Source: an uncultured delta proteobacterium (GTDB lineage Bacteria; Desulfobacterota; RBG-13-43-22). Taken from it: a stretch of 64,000 nt of DNA. The notes beneath the pieces are model-generated. The model did not search any database. It was given only the letters and a program-made list of their open reading frames with translations, and was not told where the DNA came from. The position numbers and the translations under genes are program-made. Positions 53,782 through 62,868 of the stretch are shown here, one piece after another (position 1 is the stretch's first letter; each line of letters starts with the position of its first letter). The stretch covers positions 29,146-93,145 of the forward strand of contig CAVUPH010000029.1 of the NCBI GenBank assembly GCA_963743305.1, written 5' to 3'.

Positions 53782-54414
53782 TTAAGGGAAAAGGTTGCCA
53801 TCAAGCTTCTTCTTAAGCCATTTCCAAGGGAAAAACATGGAAACCTTCTGCTGATAATCTCGGTAGACCTGCCCATAAATTCGCGTCAACTTTCGTTCTT
53901 CGAGCAGGGCCCCGACGATGAAATAGACCGAGAGGATCACCGACATAATTAGAATAGGGCGGTCCATTTTTTGGGCCCAAACCAGCAACATCCCGCCGCC
54001 GTACCAGGGATGTCGAACCATCCCCAGAATGCCCGAGGATTTTAAAGCTCCCTGGGCCGACAAGAGACTGGTGGCCCGGGAATCCTTAATCTGTCGTAAC
54101 CCCAGGAAGAACGGCAAGTCATAGGCCCGACCGCCGGCGACCATGGCCGCCAATCCCAGCAGGGCCATAAGGACTTGAACCAGGGAATAGGGCCAGGGCC
54201 AGAGCGCGCCTGTGATTCTGGACAGGGATTTGGTATAGGCCCACAGGGGAAGCACGGTCAGCAGGCTGAAGAGGTTATACCCCAAACGGTAATAAGCAAA
54301 ATATCTCCCCCAACGGTTCTGGATTCTTCCGGTAACCGCCGGAGTAATCAGCAGGCTGTGCAGGCTGCACCATACCACCCAGAGTACTCCCAATAAAGCC
54401 CATTGATGATTCAT
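53782..54414 (-). CDS. Isoprenylcysteine carboxyl methyltransferase / NnrU-like membrane protein
   Basis: HSLL, YRLGYN, VRHPWY, EERKL..YG..YRDYQQKV. Confidence 0.8.
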   Translation of the reverse strand: MNHQWALLGVLWVVWCSLHSLLITPAVTGRIQNRWGRYFAYYRLGYNLFSLLTVLPLWAYTKSLSRITGALWPWPYSLVQVLMALLGLAAMVAGGRAYDLPFFLGLRQIKDSRATSLLSAQGALKSSGILGMVRHPWYGGGMLLVWAQKMDRPILIMSVILSVYFIVGALLEERKLTRIYGQVYRDYQQKVSMFFPWKWLKKKLDGNLFP

Positions 54415-54483
54415 GCTTTTTACAATAAGACATCCCGCTCGATAATAAAAGAGGCACACCCGTTTTAGTCCTTTCTCCTGGGT

Positions 54484-54583
54484 AGTCATACCGGACTCGA
54501 TCCGGTATCCAGGACCTCCGGAGCTTATCCGAGGCTGGATTCCGGATCGCGTCACGCCGGCGGCGTGACTTGTCCGGAATGAC
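54484..54583. repeat. REP-like palindrome
   Basis: GTCATACCGGAC..ATCCGGTATCCAG...CTGGATTCCGGAT..GTCCGGAATGAC. Confidence 0.7.
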
Positions 54584-54694
54584 GAATATTCGTTGATCCT
54601 TATTTTCATGCTTCATGGGTGCCTGCCTAGGGCCAGGGGTTTAACCAGAAATAATCGGAGTCGAAAACTGGAATTCCGGCTGTAGGAAAAAAGT

Positions 54695-54721
54695 TAAAGT
54701 TATCAAAAATAATTCCGATAC
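54695..54721 (+). promoter_or_regulatory. Candidate sigma28 promoter
   Basis: TAAA-N15-TCCGATAC. Confidence 0.5.
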
Positions 54722-54794
54722 GTTTTGAAGCGCCACCTCCGGAAGTTCCTATTGAAAAGCAGGTCAATCTACCAGGTGAATCTCAGGGAGGAAC

Positions 54795-54986
54795 ATGAAA
54801 AGAATAAGAATCCTGCATATCGATCCCGATTACCAAGGCCATTTTGTCAGTATCCGAAATGGCAAATTATCTCAATCGCCCCTCCCCATGGACAAAACGC
54901 TGGCCATGGTTAAAAAAATAAAGTTCGACCTGATTCTCTCCGAACCCCAGCAACTGGCCATTATGCCTCCTGAAAAAGCTCGTTAA
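54795..54986 (+). CDS. Small hypothetical protein resembling a truncated receiver domain
   Basis: RBS GGAGGA; RILHID...KFDLILSE resembles receiver beta1 and beta3. Confidence 0.55.
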   Translation: MKRIRILHIDPDYQGHFVSIRNGKLSQSPLPMDKTLAMVKKIKFDLILSEPQQLAIMPPEKAR

Positions 54987-55034
54987 TGGTTAGAACCAGT
55001 CAAGAAATAAGCTGTACAAAGCCGCGTTATCTCT

Positions 55035-55114
55035 GTTCAAGCCTGAGCCTGTCGAAGCATGGCCGTATCGTTCACCCTTCGACTGCTCGACAGGCTCGCA
55101 GCTCAGGGCGAACG
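55035..55114. repeat. REP-like palindrome
   Basis: GCCTGAGCCTGTCGAAG...CTTCGAC..CGACAGGCTC..CTCAGGGCGAAC. Confidence 0.65.
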
Positions 55115-55431
55115 GTTGTAGTGTCGTTTTGTCAAGGTTATTTGTTTACAGATCCTTATTGGTTCCCGATCGGCTGTCTTTATCATAATTAGACCCCCAT
55201 CCCCAGGGGGGGGTACCCGCGAAGCATGAAAATTTCGCCCTCCCCCCTTACCTCGTAGCCCTTCCCCTACATTACTCCCTGCACCCTACACCCGAACCCC
55301 TCAACCCCTCTTTTCGGTTATTTTCGTATTAGGACTTGCCTTCCCGTTTAATCGCTGGTAGGAATTAGATCGGTCTATTATTCTATTTTTCGGTTTATCC
55401 TCCTCAAAGGAATCAACGGAATTACCTTTCC

Positions 55432-56667
55432 ATGCCAGCCTTAAAAGACGCCTTTCAGGTCTACGGCAACCGGCGCATGCTCTGCCTGTTGGGATTGGGA
55501 TTTTCCTCCGGGCTCCCCCTGGCCCTGACCTCGGGGACCCTGCAGGCCTGGATGACTGTCGAAAAAGTCGATTTGACCTTGATCGGTATTTTTTCCCTGG
55601 TCGGTCTGCCCTATACCCTGAAGATCCTCTGGGCCCCGATCATGGACCGTTTTTCTCCACCTTGGCTGGGCCGCCGCCGCGGCTGGATCCTGCTGGCCCA
55701 ACTCCTCCTGGCCCTGGGGATCGGGCTGTTAGGTATGACCCAACCCGCCGCCTTTCCTTGGATGGTGGCCTTTATGGCCTTTATGGTGGCCTTTTTCAGC
55801 TCCAGCCAGGATATCGTGGTCGACGCCTACCGCGCGGAGGTGCTGCCGAAAAAAGAACTGGGCGCCGGGGCGGCGGCCTCGGTCATCGGCTACCGGCTGG
55901 CCATGCTGGTCTCCGGCGCCCTGGCCCTGATCCTTTCCGATCACCTGCCCTGGTCGACGGTCTACGGTTTCATGGCGGCGCTGATGATTATGTCCGGGGC
56001 GGTTACCTTCTGGGCCCCGGAACCGCAGGAAAAAGTAATCCCCCCGAAAACCTTGAAAGAAGCCGTTTGGGAACCGTTGGCCTCCTACTTCAAGCGGTCG
56101 GGGGCCGTGGAGATGTTGTTTTTCATCATGGTCTTCAAGTTGGGGGATGCCATCGCCGGGGCCATGACCACCCCCTTTCTGCTGGATATCGGCTTCAGCC
56201 GCACCGATGTGGGCACGGTCAATAAAGGCTTCGGGCTGATCAGCACCATCATCGGGACCCTGGCCGGCGGCAGCCTCATCGCCAAAATGGGGATCAACCG
56301 CTCCCTGTGGATCTTCGGATTCTTACAGGCCCTTTCGAACCTGACCTTTACCGTGGTGGCCCTGCTGGGGAAAAGCTACCCGGCCATGATCGCCGCTATC
56401 GGCATCGAAAACATCTGCGGCGGCTTGGGCACCGCGGCCTTCGTGGCCTTCCTGATGAGCCTCTGCGACAAACGCTTCACCGCCACCCAGTACGCCCTGC
56501 TCTCCAGCCTGATGGCCATGAGCCGGGTCCTGGCCGGCGTCCCCACCGGCTTTATGGCCAAAAGCCTGGGTTGGCCCATGTTCTTCACCGTCAGCATCCT
56601 GGGGGCCGTCCCCGGGATCTGGCTGTTGACCCGCTTTGCGCCCTGGGGGAAGGAAGGTCAGGAGTAG
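55432..56667 (+). CDS. ampG: AmpG muropeptide MFS permease
   Basis: GFSSGLPLALT, LGRRRGW, SQDIVVDAYR, FTATQYALLSS. Confidence 0.93.
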   Translation: MPALKDAFQVYGNRRMLCLLGLGFSSGLPLALTSGTLQAWMTVEKVDLTLIGIFSLVGLPYTLKILWAPIMDRFSPPWLGRRRGWILLAQLLLALGIGLLGMTQPAAFPWMVAFMAFMVAFFSSSQDIVVDAYRAEVLPKKELGAGAAASVIGYRLAMLVSGALALILSDHLPWSTVYGFMAALMIMSGAVTFWAPEPQEKVIPPKTLKEAVWEPLASYFKRSGAVEMLFFIMVFKLGDAIAGAMTTPFLLDIGFSRTDVGTVNKGFGLISTIIGTLAGGSLIAKMGINRSLWIFGFLQALSNLTFTVVALLGKSYPAMIAAIGIENICGGLGTAAFVAFLMSLCDKRFTATQYALLSSLMAMSRVLAGVPTGFMAKSLGWPMFFTVSILGAVPGIWLLTRFAPWGKEGQE

Positions 56668-57071
56668 GCAGGAGGGCTGGCCCCGGGCTCCGGATTGGCC
56701 ATGGCCACCCGCCCGCGTCGCTCCCCGCCCTTCCAAAATCTGGTTTCCCCTCCCTTTTTTATAAGGTCGCTGACGATATCGCCGGTTTTTCAAAAGTCCA
56801 ACGCGCTCCTGACACATTTGATCCTTACGCCTTTCAAAGTTTTGGGTCTTGGTTTTTCCTATTTCCCGAAGATCCCTTTTTCGTCCTCGGCCAAGGTCGT
56901 TCCGGGCAAGTCGAATGGACGCGAGGTCTCCCGGACTGTCAAGAGATTCGTTGACAATTTTAATATTTTAAGTAGGATATGACCAGTTTGGCAACATAAA
57001 GGGGTATGGCATTTGTTTGTTTGGGCTCCTGATATTGTCTGGTTGTTGTAGTTCATTTATTGGGAAGAAAA

Positions 57072-57503
57072 ATGCAAAGAAGGTACAATCAGTTCAACGC
57101 CAAGCGCAGAATTAAAGAGATGGCAGTGGGTGATTTGCAGCATTACTCGGATCTTGCTGAACAGATACGGTATGGAGGCAATCCTGAACACAAGATGAAT
57201 CCTGGAGATTTTGGACTCACTCCTCCAAACGGTCCAAGGCCTGGAAAGTCCTTGTGTGATACGGTTGGCATATTCTCCAGACAGGATGCACTGAAGTATT
57301 TCAAATTGGGCTTGCGCAAAGGGCTGATAAGTGACCATTTTAATGGCCGGTGGCCGCAGAACATCTGGTCCGTAACTGAAGATGGCTCCCCACTGGAAGC
57401 CCAGCTTGAGAACCCGGTGACGGGAACTTACCACGGCTATCCGATGCCTCAGTCAGACCCGCTGGCCGCTGAAATAATCCGGCGATGGAATATCAAAAAA
57501 TGA
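57072..57503 (+). CDS. Hypothetical protein, putative toxin-like effector
   Basis: Intact ORF; motifs YGGNPEHK, LCD, EAQLEN, YHGYP; ATGA overlap with the next gene. Confidence 0.75.
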   Translation: MQRRYNQFNAKRRIKEMAVGDLQHYSDLAEQIRYGGNPEHKMNPGDFGLTPPNGPRPGKSLCDTVGIFSRQDALKYFKLGLRKGLISDHFNGRWPQNIWSVTEDGSPLEAQLENPVTGTYHGYPMPQSDPLAAEIIRRWNIKK

Positions 57504-58843
57504 CTAAATTCAAGTTTATTTACGACTGGCTGGTTGCTGGGAATGATGCGCCGGAGTACCACCAAACCATGGCTATGCTTGAATTGCATGTCGGCAATGT
57601 GAACCTAATGAAGAATCAGGACATCTGGTCCAGGACGATTCGGGAGTCCGTCTTGGTGTCTGCATATCCGCTCGCTGTGTGGCTGGCATCTTCGTGGTGG
57701 AGACTCAATTGGGAACCCCTTCCCGCCCATGGGGTTCGCCCTTCTGTGGACTGGCGAATGGCACATGAACTGGGTGCAGCCAATCATGGTTTCGTATGGC
57801 CTCAGATCATATTTGCATCGGACCGCGAAGTAATGCAGGTCTGGGCTGTGCTATTGAGCGACAATGACAATCAGTCTGTCAGATACTTGAATGGGCTGGA
57901 GAAACCTGCATCCACCACTTTAACCGACTTTCAAAGAGGTGTGGAAGATTTCATTATCGCAGTACTTGACCGCCTCAGCGCCATGGGTTGCCAAAACACG
58001 GAGTTGTTAAATCTCTGGCAGTTTATACAGGAAGAACGCGGCGATCCGGAAAATGCAAAATACCGGCGTGTTGAAGCGGAAATGGGTTACGATCCCGACG
58101 AGTGCCCAAAAGAATTGATGGACAAGGCTCTTGAACTCGATCAGAAAATGGGTACTGCCGCACTCTCCGAACTTGCCCCCGTTTATGGCAAATCAGCCAC
58201 GCAAAAGCCGCTCACCGCCATTGAGGAAATAGCCGGCAGCCCCGGGTTGATTGGAGCACCAAGTGTCCCACGACCCGCTTGTGGCGCGTCAGTCCCCCAA
58301 GGTGCCCCTTGGCAACGTGCCGTTGCCGCCGCAGGAGCACTGCGCCAGACGCTGGGCAATCCTCACGAGATGATAGATAACGCCATACTTTGTGAATTGC
58401 TGGGCCTCAACACATCAGATGTTGAGCAATGGTCGCCTGTCAAGCGCAACGACGCTGCCATCGCTGTGCCCGAACCCAAAAATCATTATAAGTTTATTCC
58501 GCGCAAAAAACATCCGATAGCCAAGCGCTTTGAACTTGCAAGATTCCTGGGCGATTACCTTCTGATAGAACAGGCAAATGGGCATTGGCTAGCCAGCACC
58601 GATCTCAGCACCTCAAGGCAGAAATTTCAAAGAGCATTCGCAGCAGAATTTCTTTGTCCGATAACAACGCTTCGAGAATTTTTACGGGAAGACTACTCCG
58701 AAGATGCTATTGAAGATGCTGCACAAAATTTTCAGGTAAGCCAAAGGACTGTAGAGTCTTTGCTAGTCAATAACGGCCTGATTCCTTCTACCCTTCTAGT
58801 CGATTACGCCGAAGCCAGGCTACCCTACCAATTGAGCACCTGA
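57500..58843 (+). CDS. Hypothetical protein with degenerate ImmA/IrrE-like C-terminal domain
   Basis: KRFELARFLGDYL (HExxH position altered), QRAFAAEFLCP, terminal HTH-like AQNFQVSQRTV. Confidence 0.75.
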   Translation: MTKFKFIYDWLVAGNDAPEYHQTMAMLELHVGNVNLMKNQDIWSRTIRESVLVSAYPLAVWLASSWWRLNWEPLPAHGVRPSVDWRMAHELGAANHGFVWPQIIFASDREVMQVWAVLLSDNDNQSVRYLNGLEKPASTTLTDFQRGVEDFIIAVLDRLSAMGCQNTELLNLWQFIQEERGDPENAKYRRVEAEMGYDPDECPKELMDKALELDQKMGTAALSELAPVYGKSATQKPLTAIEEIAGSPGLIGAPSVPRPACGASVPQGAPWQRAVAAAGALRQTLGNPHEMIDNAILCELLGLNTSDVEQWSPVKRNDAAIAVPEPKNHYKFIPRKKHPIAKRFELARFLGDYLLIEQANGHWLASTDLSTSRQKFQRAFAAEFLCPITTLREFLREDYSEDAIEDAAQNFQVSQRTVESLLVNNGLIPSTLLVDYAEARLPYQLST

Positions 58844-58898
58844 GGCCCAGGCAACCGACTATTTGGATGAGGGAGGGAAAAACCGCGAAGTGGGCTTC

Positions 58899-59121
58899 GG
58901 CCTTCCTGATGAGCCTCTGCGACAAGCGCTTCACCGCCACCCAGTACGCCCTGCTCTCCAGCCTGATGGCCATGAGCCGCGTCCTGGCCGGCGTCCCCAC
59001 CGGCTTTATGGCCAAAAGTCTGGGTTGGCCCATGTTCTTCACCGTGAGCATCCTGGGGGCCGTCCCGGGGATCTGGCTGTTGACCCGGTTTGCGCCATGG
59101 GGGAAGAACGGTCAGGAGTAA
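58899..59121 (+). pseudogene. Duplicated 3' end of ampG (223 bp)
   Basis: Gap-free match to 56445-56667. Confidence 0.95.
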
Positions 59122-59268
59122 ACGGCTTCTTGTTAGCCGGTACCTTTGGCTCCTCTTACTCAGACCTACGAGCCGCCCTCTCGCCTGACGACTTTTGATC
59201 CCATTCGGCTTTTTGATATTGATGTACTAACGAGTCAAAAACGGCCCCAGGTCTTTTTGTTCTGCCTC

Positions 59269-59298
59269 TTGACAAGTGTCACGTGACAGATTCATGAT
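59269..59298 (+). promoter_or_regulatory. higBA promoter and operator
   Basis: TTGACA-N18-CATGAT with perfect palindrome TGTCACGTGACA at 59277-59288. Confidence 0.7.
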
Positions 59299-59303
59299 TG
59301 GGC

Positions 59304-59379
59304 ATGATAAAGACGTTTGCGGATAGGGAAACCCAGGTTCTGTACATTACGGGCCAGGCGAAACGGTTCCCGCCGCTGA
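59304..59379 (+). pseudogene. higB: HigB toxin remnant with internal deletion
   Basis: MIKTFADRETQVLYITGQAKRFPP followed by loss of the rest. Confidence 0.7.
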
Positions 59380-59392
59380 AACGAGGTATACC

Positions 59393-59556
59393 ATGGCCGT
59401 ATTGAACACAGAGCCGATGAAACGACGCCCAACCCACCCGGGCGAAATGCTCAAGGATTTTCCGGACTATGGTCTCACTATTTCCGGTCTGGCCGGCGCC
59501 TTAGCGTCTCTCGCCAGTCGATCAACGAAGTGCTGCGGGGTCACCGCGCCGTAAGG
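59393..59556 (+). pseudogene. higA: HigA antitoxin remnant
   Basis: RRPTHPGEML, YGLTISGLAGAL, VSRQSINEVLRGHRAV; frameshifted and truncated. Confidence 0.75.
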
Positions 59557-59595
59557 ATGGAGAATGGAGGAAGCCCTTGAATGCGGCTTAACAGT

Positions 59596-60077
59596 ATGAC
59601 CAACGAAACTCGTCTTATCGGCTATCAGTTGTTGGAAGCCGGAGCCCTCGGTCGGATTCAGGCTGGTGGAAGACCACCTGGAACCCAGCCTGGATGGCCG
59701 GAATTTATTCGCCCGCCTGGAACTGGTTTTGGGTTCGGATGACGAGGATGAACCGGCAGACCTGGTCGAATGGAGTGCTTTTGGATTCATCTTTGCTCTG
59801 GCGGTCCTATCCTTCGCCGATGCCCCGGCCCCGGGGAGTGTCCGATATTGATTATATAGAAGAGGATGAATTCGGTGTCGCCGATCTATTTGACGGCCTC
59901 CGTTATGTCCGGGGGGAGCTTCATTTTAGCGCCGACTACCTCCGCGGTCGATCCGTGAAGACGGATATTATCGTTAGGCCCAATGGCACGGTAACCCTGA
60001 CTACCCGGGGCCGCGGGAAGACCGCCTGGCGCTGGCTCGACCGGCTGAAAGGCAAGAAGCACCTGGAGCCCATTTAA
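59596..60077 (+). CDS. Hypothetical protein, frameshifted
   Basis: Protein-like segments over several frames (EWSAFGFIFALAVLSFADA / RPRGVS..ADYLRGRSVKT). Confidence 0.55.
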
Positions 60078-60750
60078 CCTCTGGGCGCCGGTCGTCGGTC
60101 CAAGATTTCTGTCTGCTCTCGCGCCTAACGACTTACCTCCCCCATCCGGCTCCCCCAGTTTCTTCCATCTTCCCGCTCCCATCTGGTCCTTTACTCCGTC
60201 TTTCCTCCCTCTTGCGCCCTCGCTACCTTACTCCTAACGGTATTCCGCCCGACGAGTCTCCCCTACGCCTGACGACTTACGGCCTCATTCGGCCCTATGC
60301 TCTTTGCTCTATGCCCTATGCTTTTCCCCTTGACTTCCCACAAAACCCCATTATATACCTACACTTACACTGAAACCGATAGCCATTCCTTTCCTTCGGT
60401 TTTTTTGAAGTTAACTTTTCCATTTTTTTAAGTAGGGCATTCTGATGCCTGCAAGCCTATACGATCGCTTTGAAGTGCCTCTAAATCGGGGATCAATAGA
60501 AGTTCCATCCGAAAGATGGGTTTGGCCAGGCCGGGCGGGATGTTGGATGACGTTTCTTCTCGCCGGGATATATGATCACTTAAAATATAACTGAATCCAG
60601 TGAACAACGTTATATATTGCCAGAATTTGGAATAGGCTCCCGAGCCTGCGCCAGAAAAAAAAATAATATAATCTTCCCAAATAAAAAACCTCCTGTTAAG
60701 AGAAAAAGTAAGCATCGACCAAACTTCAACTCTCAAACAGGAGGTGTTCA

Positions 60751-62033
60751 ATGAACGAAGTAGAGGATACCAGGCTCACGGAGTTTCGTCAACTCAAGAA
60801 AGAGATCCGGGGATCGAAGGACCATTTGATCGTCGGGATCGACGTGGCCAAGGAAAAGCACCATGCCTTTTTTGGTACGGCCACCGGGAAGACGCTGTTC
60901 AGACGACTGATCTTTGACAATACCATCGAGGGTTTTGAGAAGCTGCTGACCCAGGTCAGAGCCATCCAGGTGGCCCAGGGTCTGCCGAAGGTGGTCTTTG
61001 GTTTGGAACCCACGGCCAACTATCACAAGCCGCTGGGAGAGCATTTGATTAAATGCGGCCGGATGGTGGTCCTGGTTTCCGGGGTAGCGGTCAAGCACAA
61101 CCGGGAGCTTTTGGACGGGCGCTGGGACAAACACGACACCAAAGACTCGGCCAATATCGCCGACCTGATCTCCCAGGGCAAGTGCCTGTTCTATGAATAT
61201 CCGGAGATCAACGGCTCCGGGATCTGCGCACCCTGCTGTCGCTGAAAAAGAAGCTGAAGAAGCAGGAGCATGGGTATCGGGTGCGTATTCGGAACCACCT
61301 CTTGGCCCAGTATTTCCCCGAATTGGATCGTTTTAGCGGGCGACCGGAGGTGGAACCGATTGTCCGCTGGTGCCTGGATACTTCCGAACTGGCCGGTTTG
61401 GAGTTCGATCAATTCGTCCAACGGGTAGTGCCCGGGCGTAAGACCCTGGCCCAGCACCAGCGCTTGCAAACCATCCAGCAACTGGCTATCGACTCCATCG
61501 GTTGCGAGATGGGGGAAGGGGCCCACTTTGAGGCCCAGGTGATGGTGGACGGACTGCGTCAACTCCGGGAGACCATTAAGACGACCGACGACCGGATCCG
61601 GGAGACTTGCCGGCAGTTTCCGGAATATGGGTATCTGCTCACCATCCCCGGCTTTGGCCCGGACGTTTCGGCCAAGGTGATCGGCGCCCTGGGCAATCCC
61701 TTCCGTTTTCAAAACCGGAAGCAGGTGCTCAAGATGGCCGGATTGGATCTGGGCGCCTACCGGAGCGGGAAAACCTCGGAGGCGGCGACCCCGGTCATTT
61801 CCAAAAAGGGAAAAGCCGATCTGCGCTATGCCTTATACCAGGCGGCCTTCATCGCCTCTACCCGCCATCGACCCTGGATCGAACATTACACCGATCAATT
61901 GCAGGGACGGGCCAAAGAACCCGGGATCAAAACCAAACGGTACGTCAAGCTGTCGGCCAAGTTCTTGATCATCGCTTGGACGATCATGAAGAAAAAGGAG
62001 CCGTATAACCCGCGATATTTAAATCCGGCGTAA
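60751..62033 (+). CDS. IS110 transposase/recombinase, frameshifted near 61215
   Basis: DEDD RuvC-like motifs GIDVAK, LEPTA, KHDTKDS; TIPGFG, RSGK, ISKKGKADLRYAL. Confidence 0.92.
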
Positions 62034-62039
62034 CCAGAA

Positions 62040-62300
62040 AACTTATCATTCCCTTTAGCGAGCCCGGGCAACAACGTAGAGGCCTTTTACGGACCTCGGG
62101 CGGGACAATCATGGGCCGCTCACTAAACTTTAAAACCTGGATAAGGGATGATGGGTGCCCGTCTCGGGCGGGATGCCGGATACTGATAACGCTGAGGTTT
62201 AAAGTTCGCGGTTAGTGAGCACTGGGGAAACCAAATAAATCACGTCTGCCCGTCAGGCGTAGAGGGGAGGTGCGTTCAAAAAATGGCCCAAATCCTATCT
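62040..62300 (+). ncRNA. Candidate IS110 bridge/seek RNA
   Basis: ORF-free; long stem 62118-62138 pairing with 62195-62220; internal hairpins; boundaries approximate. Confidence 0.55.
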
Positions 62301-62425
62301 CATCAAAATCGTTACTCTTTCTCAAAATGAAATATTTCCTCTTGACAGGATGATTATAGGATGTCCCCTTGCATTCACAGCTGATCTCCAGATAATCACT
62401 CTATTAGGTAAGGGCTAAACTGTTA

Positions 62426-62514
62426 CGGATACCCCTGGAATGGCCGGCCGGATCTTCATGGATTAGGTGGCCGGATAACCCTGGACTGGGTTGCCGGATG
62501 ACGTGGAATAGGCA
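62426..62514. mobile_element. Isolated IS21-like terminal repeat array
   Basis: About 22-bp periodic TGGA..GCCGGAT units ending GTGGAATAGGCA. Confidence 0.6.
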
Positions 62515-62600
62515 GGCGACACCAGCAACCTGTTAATTCTTTGGCTTTTGGTTTTCTTTTCTGGTAAATTATAGCTATTCTAAAGAAAGGAGGGGATTAT

Positions 62601-62867
62601 ATGATACCTATTGAGTATGATGTCCTTGTCTTCAAGGAAGAAAATACTTATGTAGCCTATTGTCCCGAACTCGACATCTCAAGCTGTGGCAGCGATGTTC
62701 AACAGGCTAAAGAAATGCTTAAGACCGCAGTAAGGCTTTTTGTCGAAGAAGCAGAAAAAATGGGAACCCTGGAAGACATTCTTGATGAATCAAGATACAA
62801 GAAAGACCCCGCTGGACGCTGGATACCTCCAAAGCTTGTGGCTACCGAACTGGTAACCACCTTTTAA
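62601..62867 (+). CDS. HicB-family antitoxin (short form)
   Basis: YVAYCPELDISSCG...AKEMLKTAVRLF; RBS AGGAGG. Confidence 0.85.
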   Translation: MIPIEYDVLVFKEENTYVAYCPELDISSCGSDVQQAKEMLKTAVRLFVEEAEKMGTLEDILDESRYKKDPAGRWIPPKLVATELVTTF

Positions 62868-62868
62868 C

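Larger units (their letters stand above)
60647..62363 (+). mobile_element. IS110-family element, copy 1 (IS1111-like layout)
   Basis: Recombinase gene, long 3' non-coding end, subterminal IRs TATAATCTTCC (60667-60677) and GGATGATTATA (62348-62358), TG at both inferred junctions. Confidence 0.8.

Noticed and set aside
56934-56980. TGTCAAGAGATTCGTTGACA and TTTAAGTAGG (also near 60427) as IS termini
   Set aside because: Too short, with no paired end or transposase; TTGACA may simply be the islet promoter
57757-57790. AHELG in the 447-aa protein as an active zinc-protease motif
   Set aside because: Reads HELGA, lacking the second His, and lies outside the IrrE-like domain
59181-60282. GCCTAAC/GCCTGAC-GACTT motifs as additional attC sites
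   Set aside because: No matching L boxes or GTTRRRY at a suitable distance; low-complexity repeats
61191-61245. Programmed frameshift in the IS110 transposase
   Set aside because: Copy 2 is in frame at the equivalent position and no slippery site is present; indel or error
62426-62514. CRISPR mini-array
   Set aside because: Period of about 22 bp leaves no room for spacers; no cas genes; fits an IS21-like end
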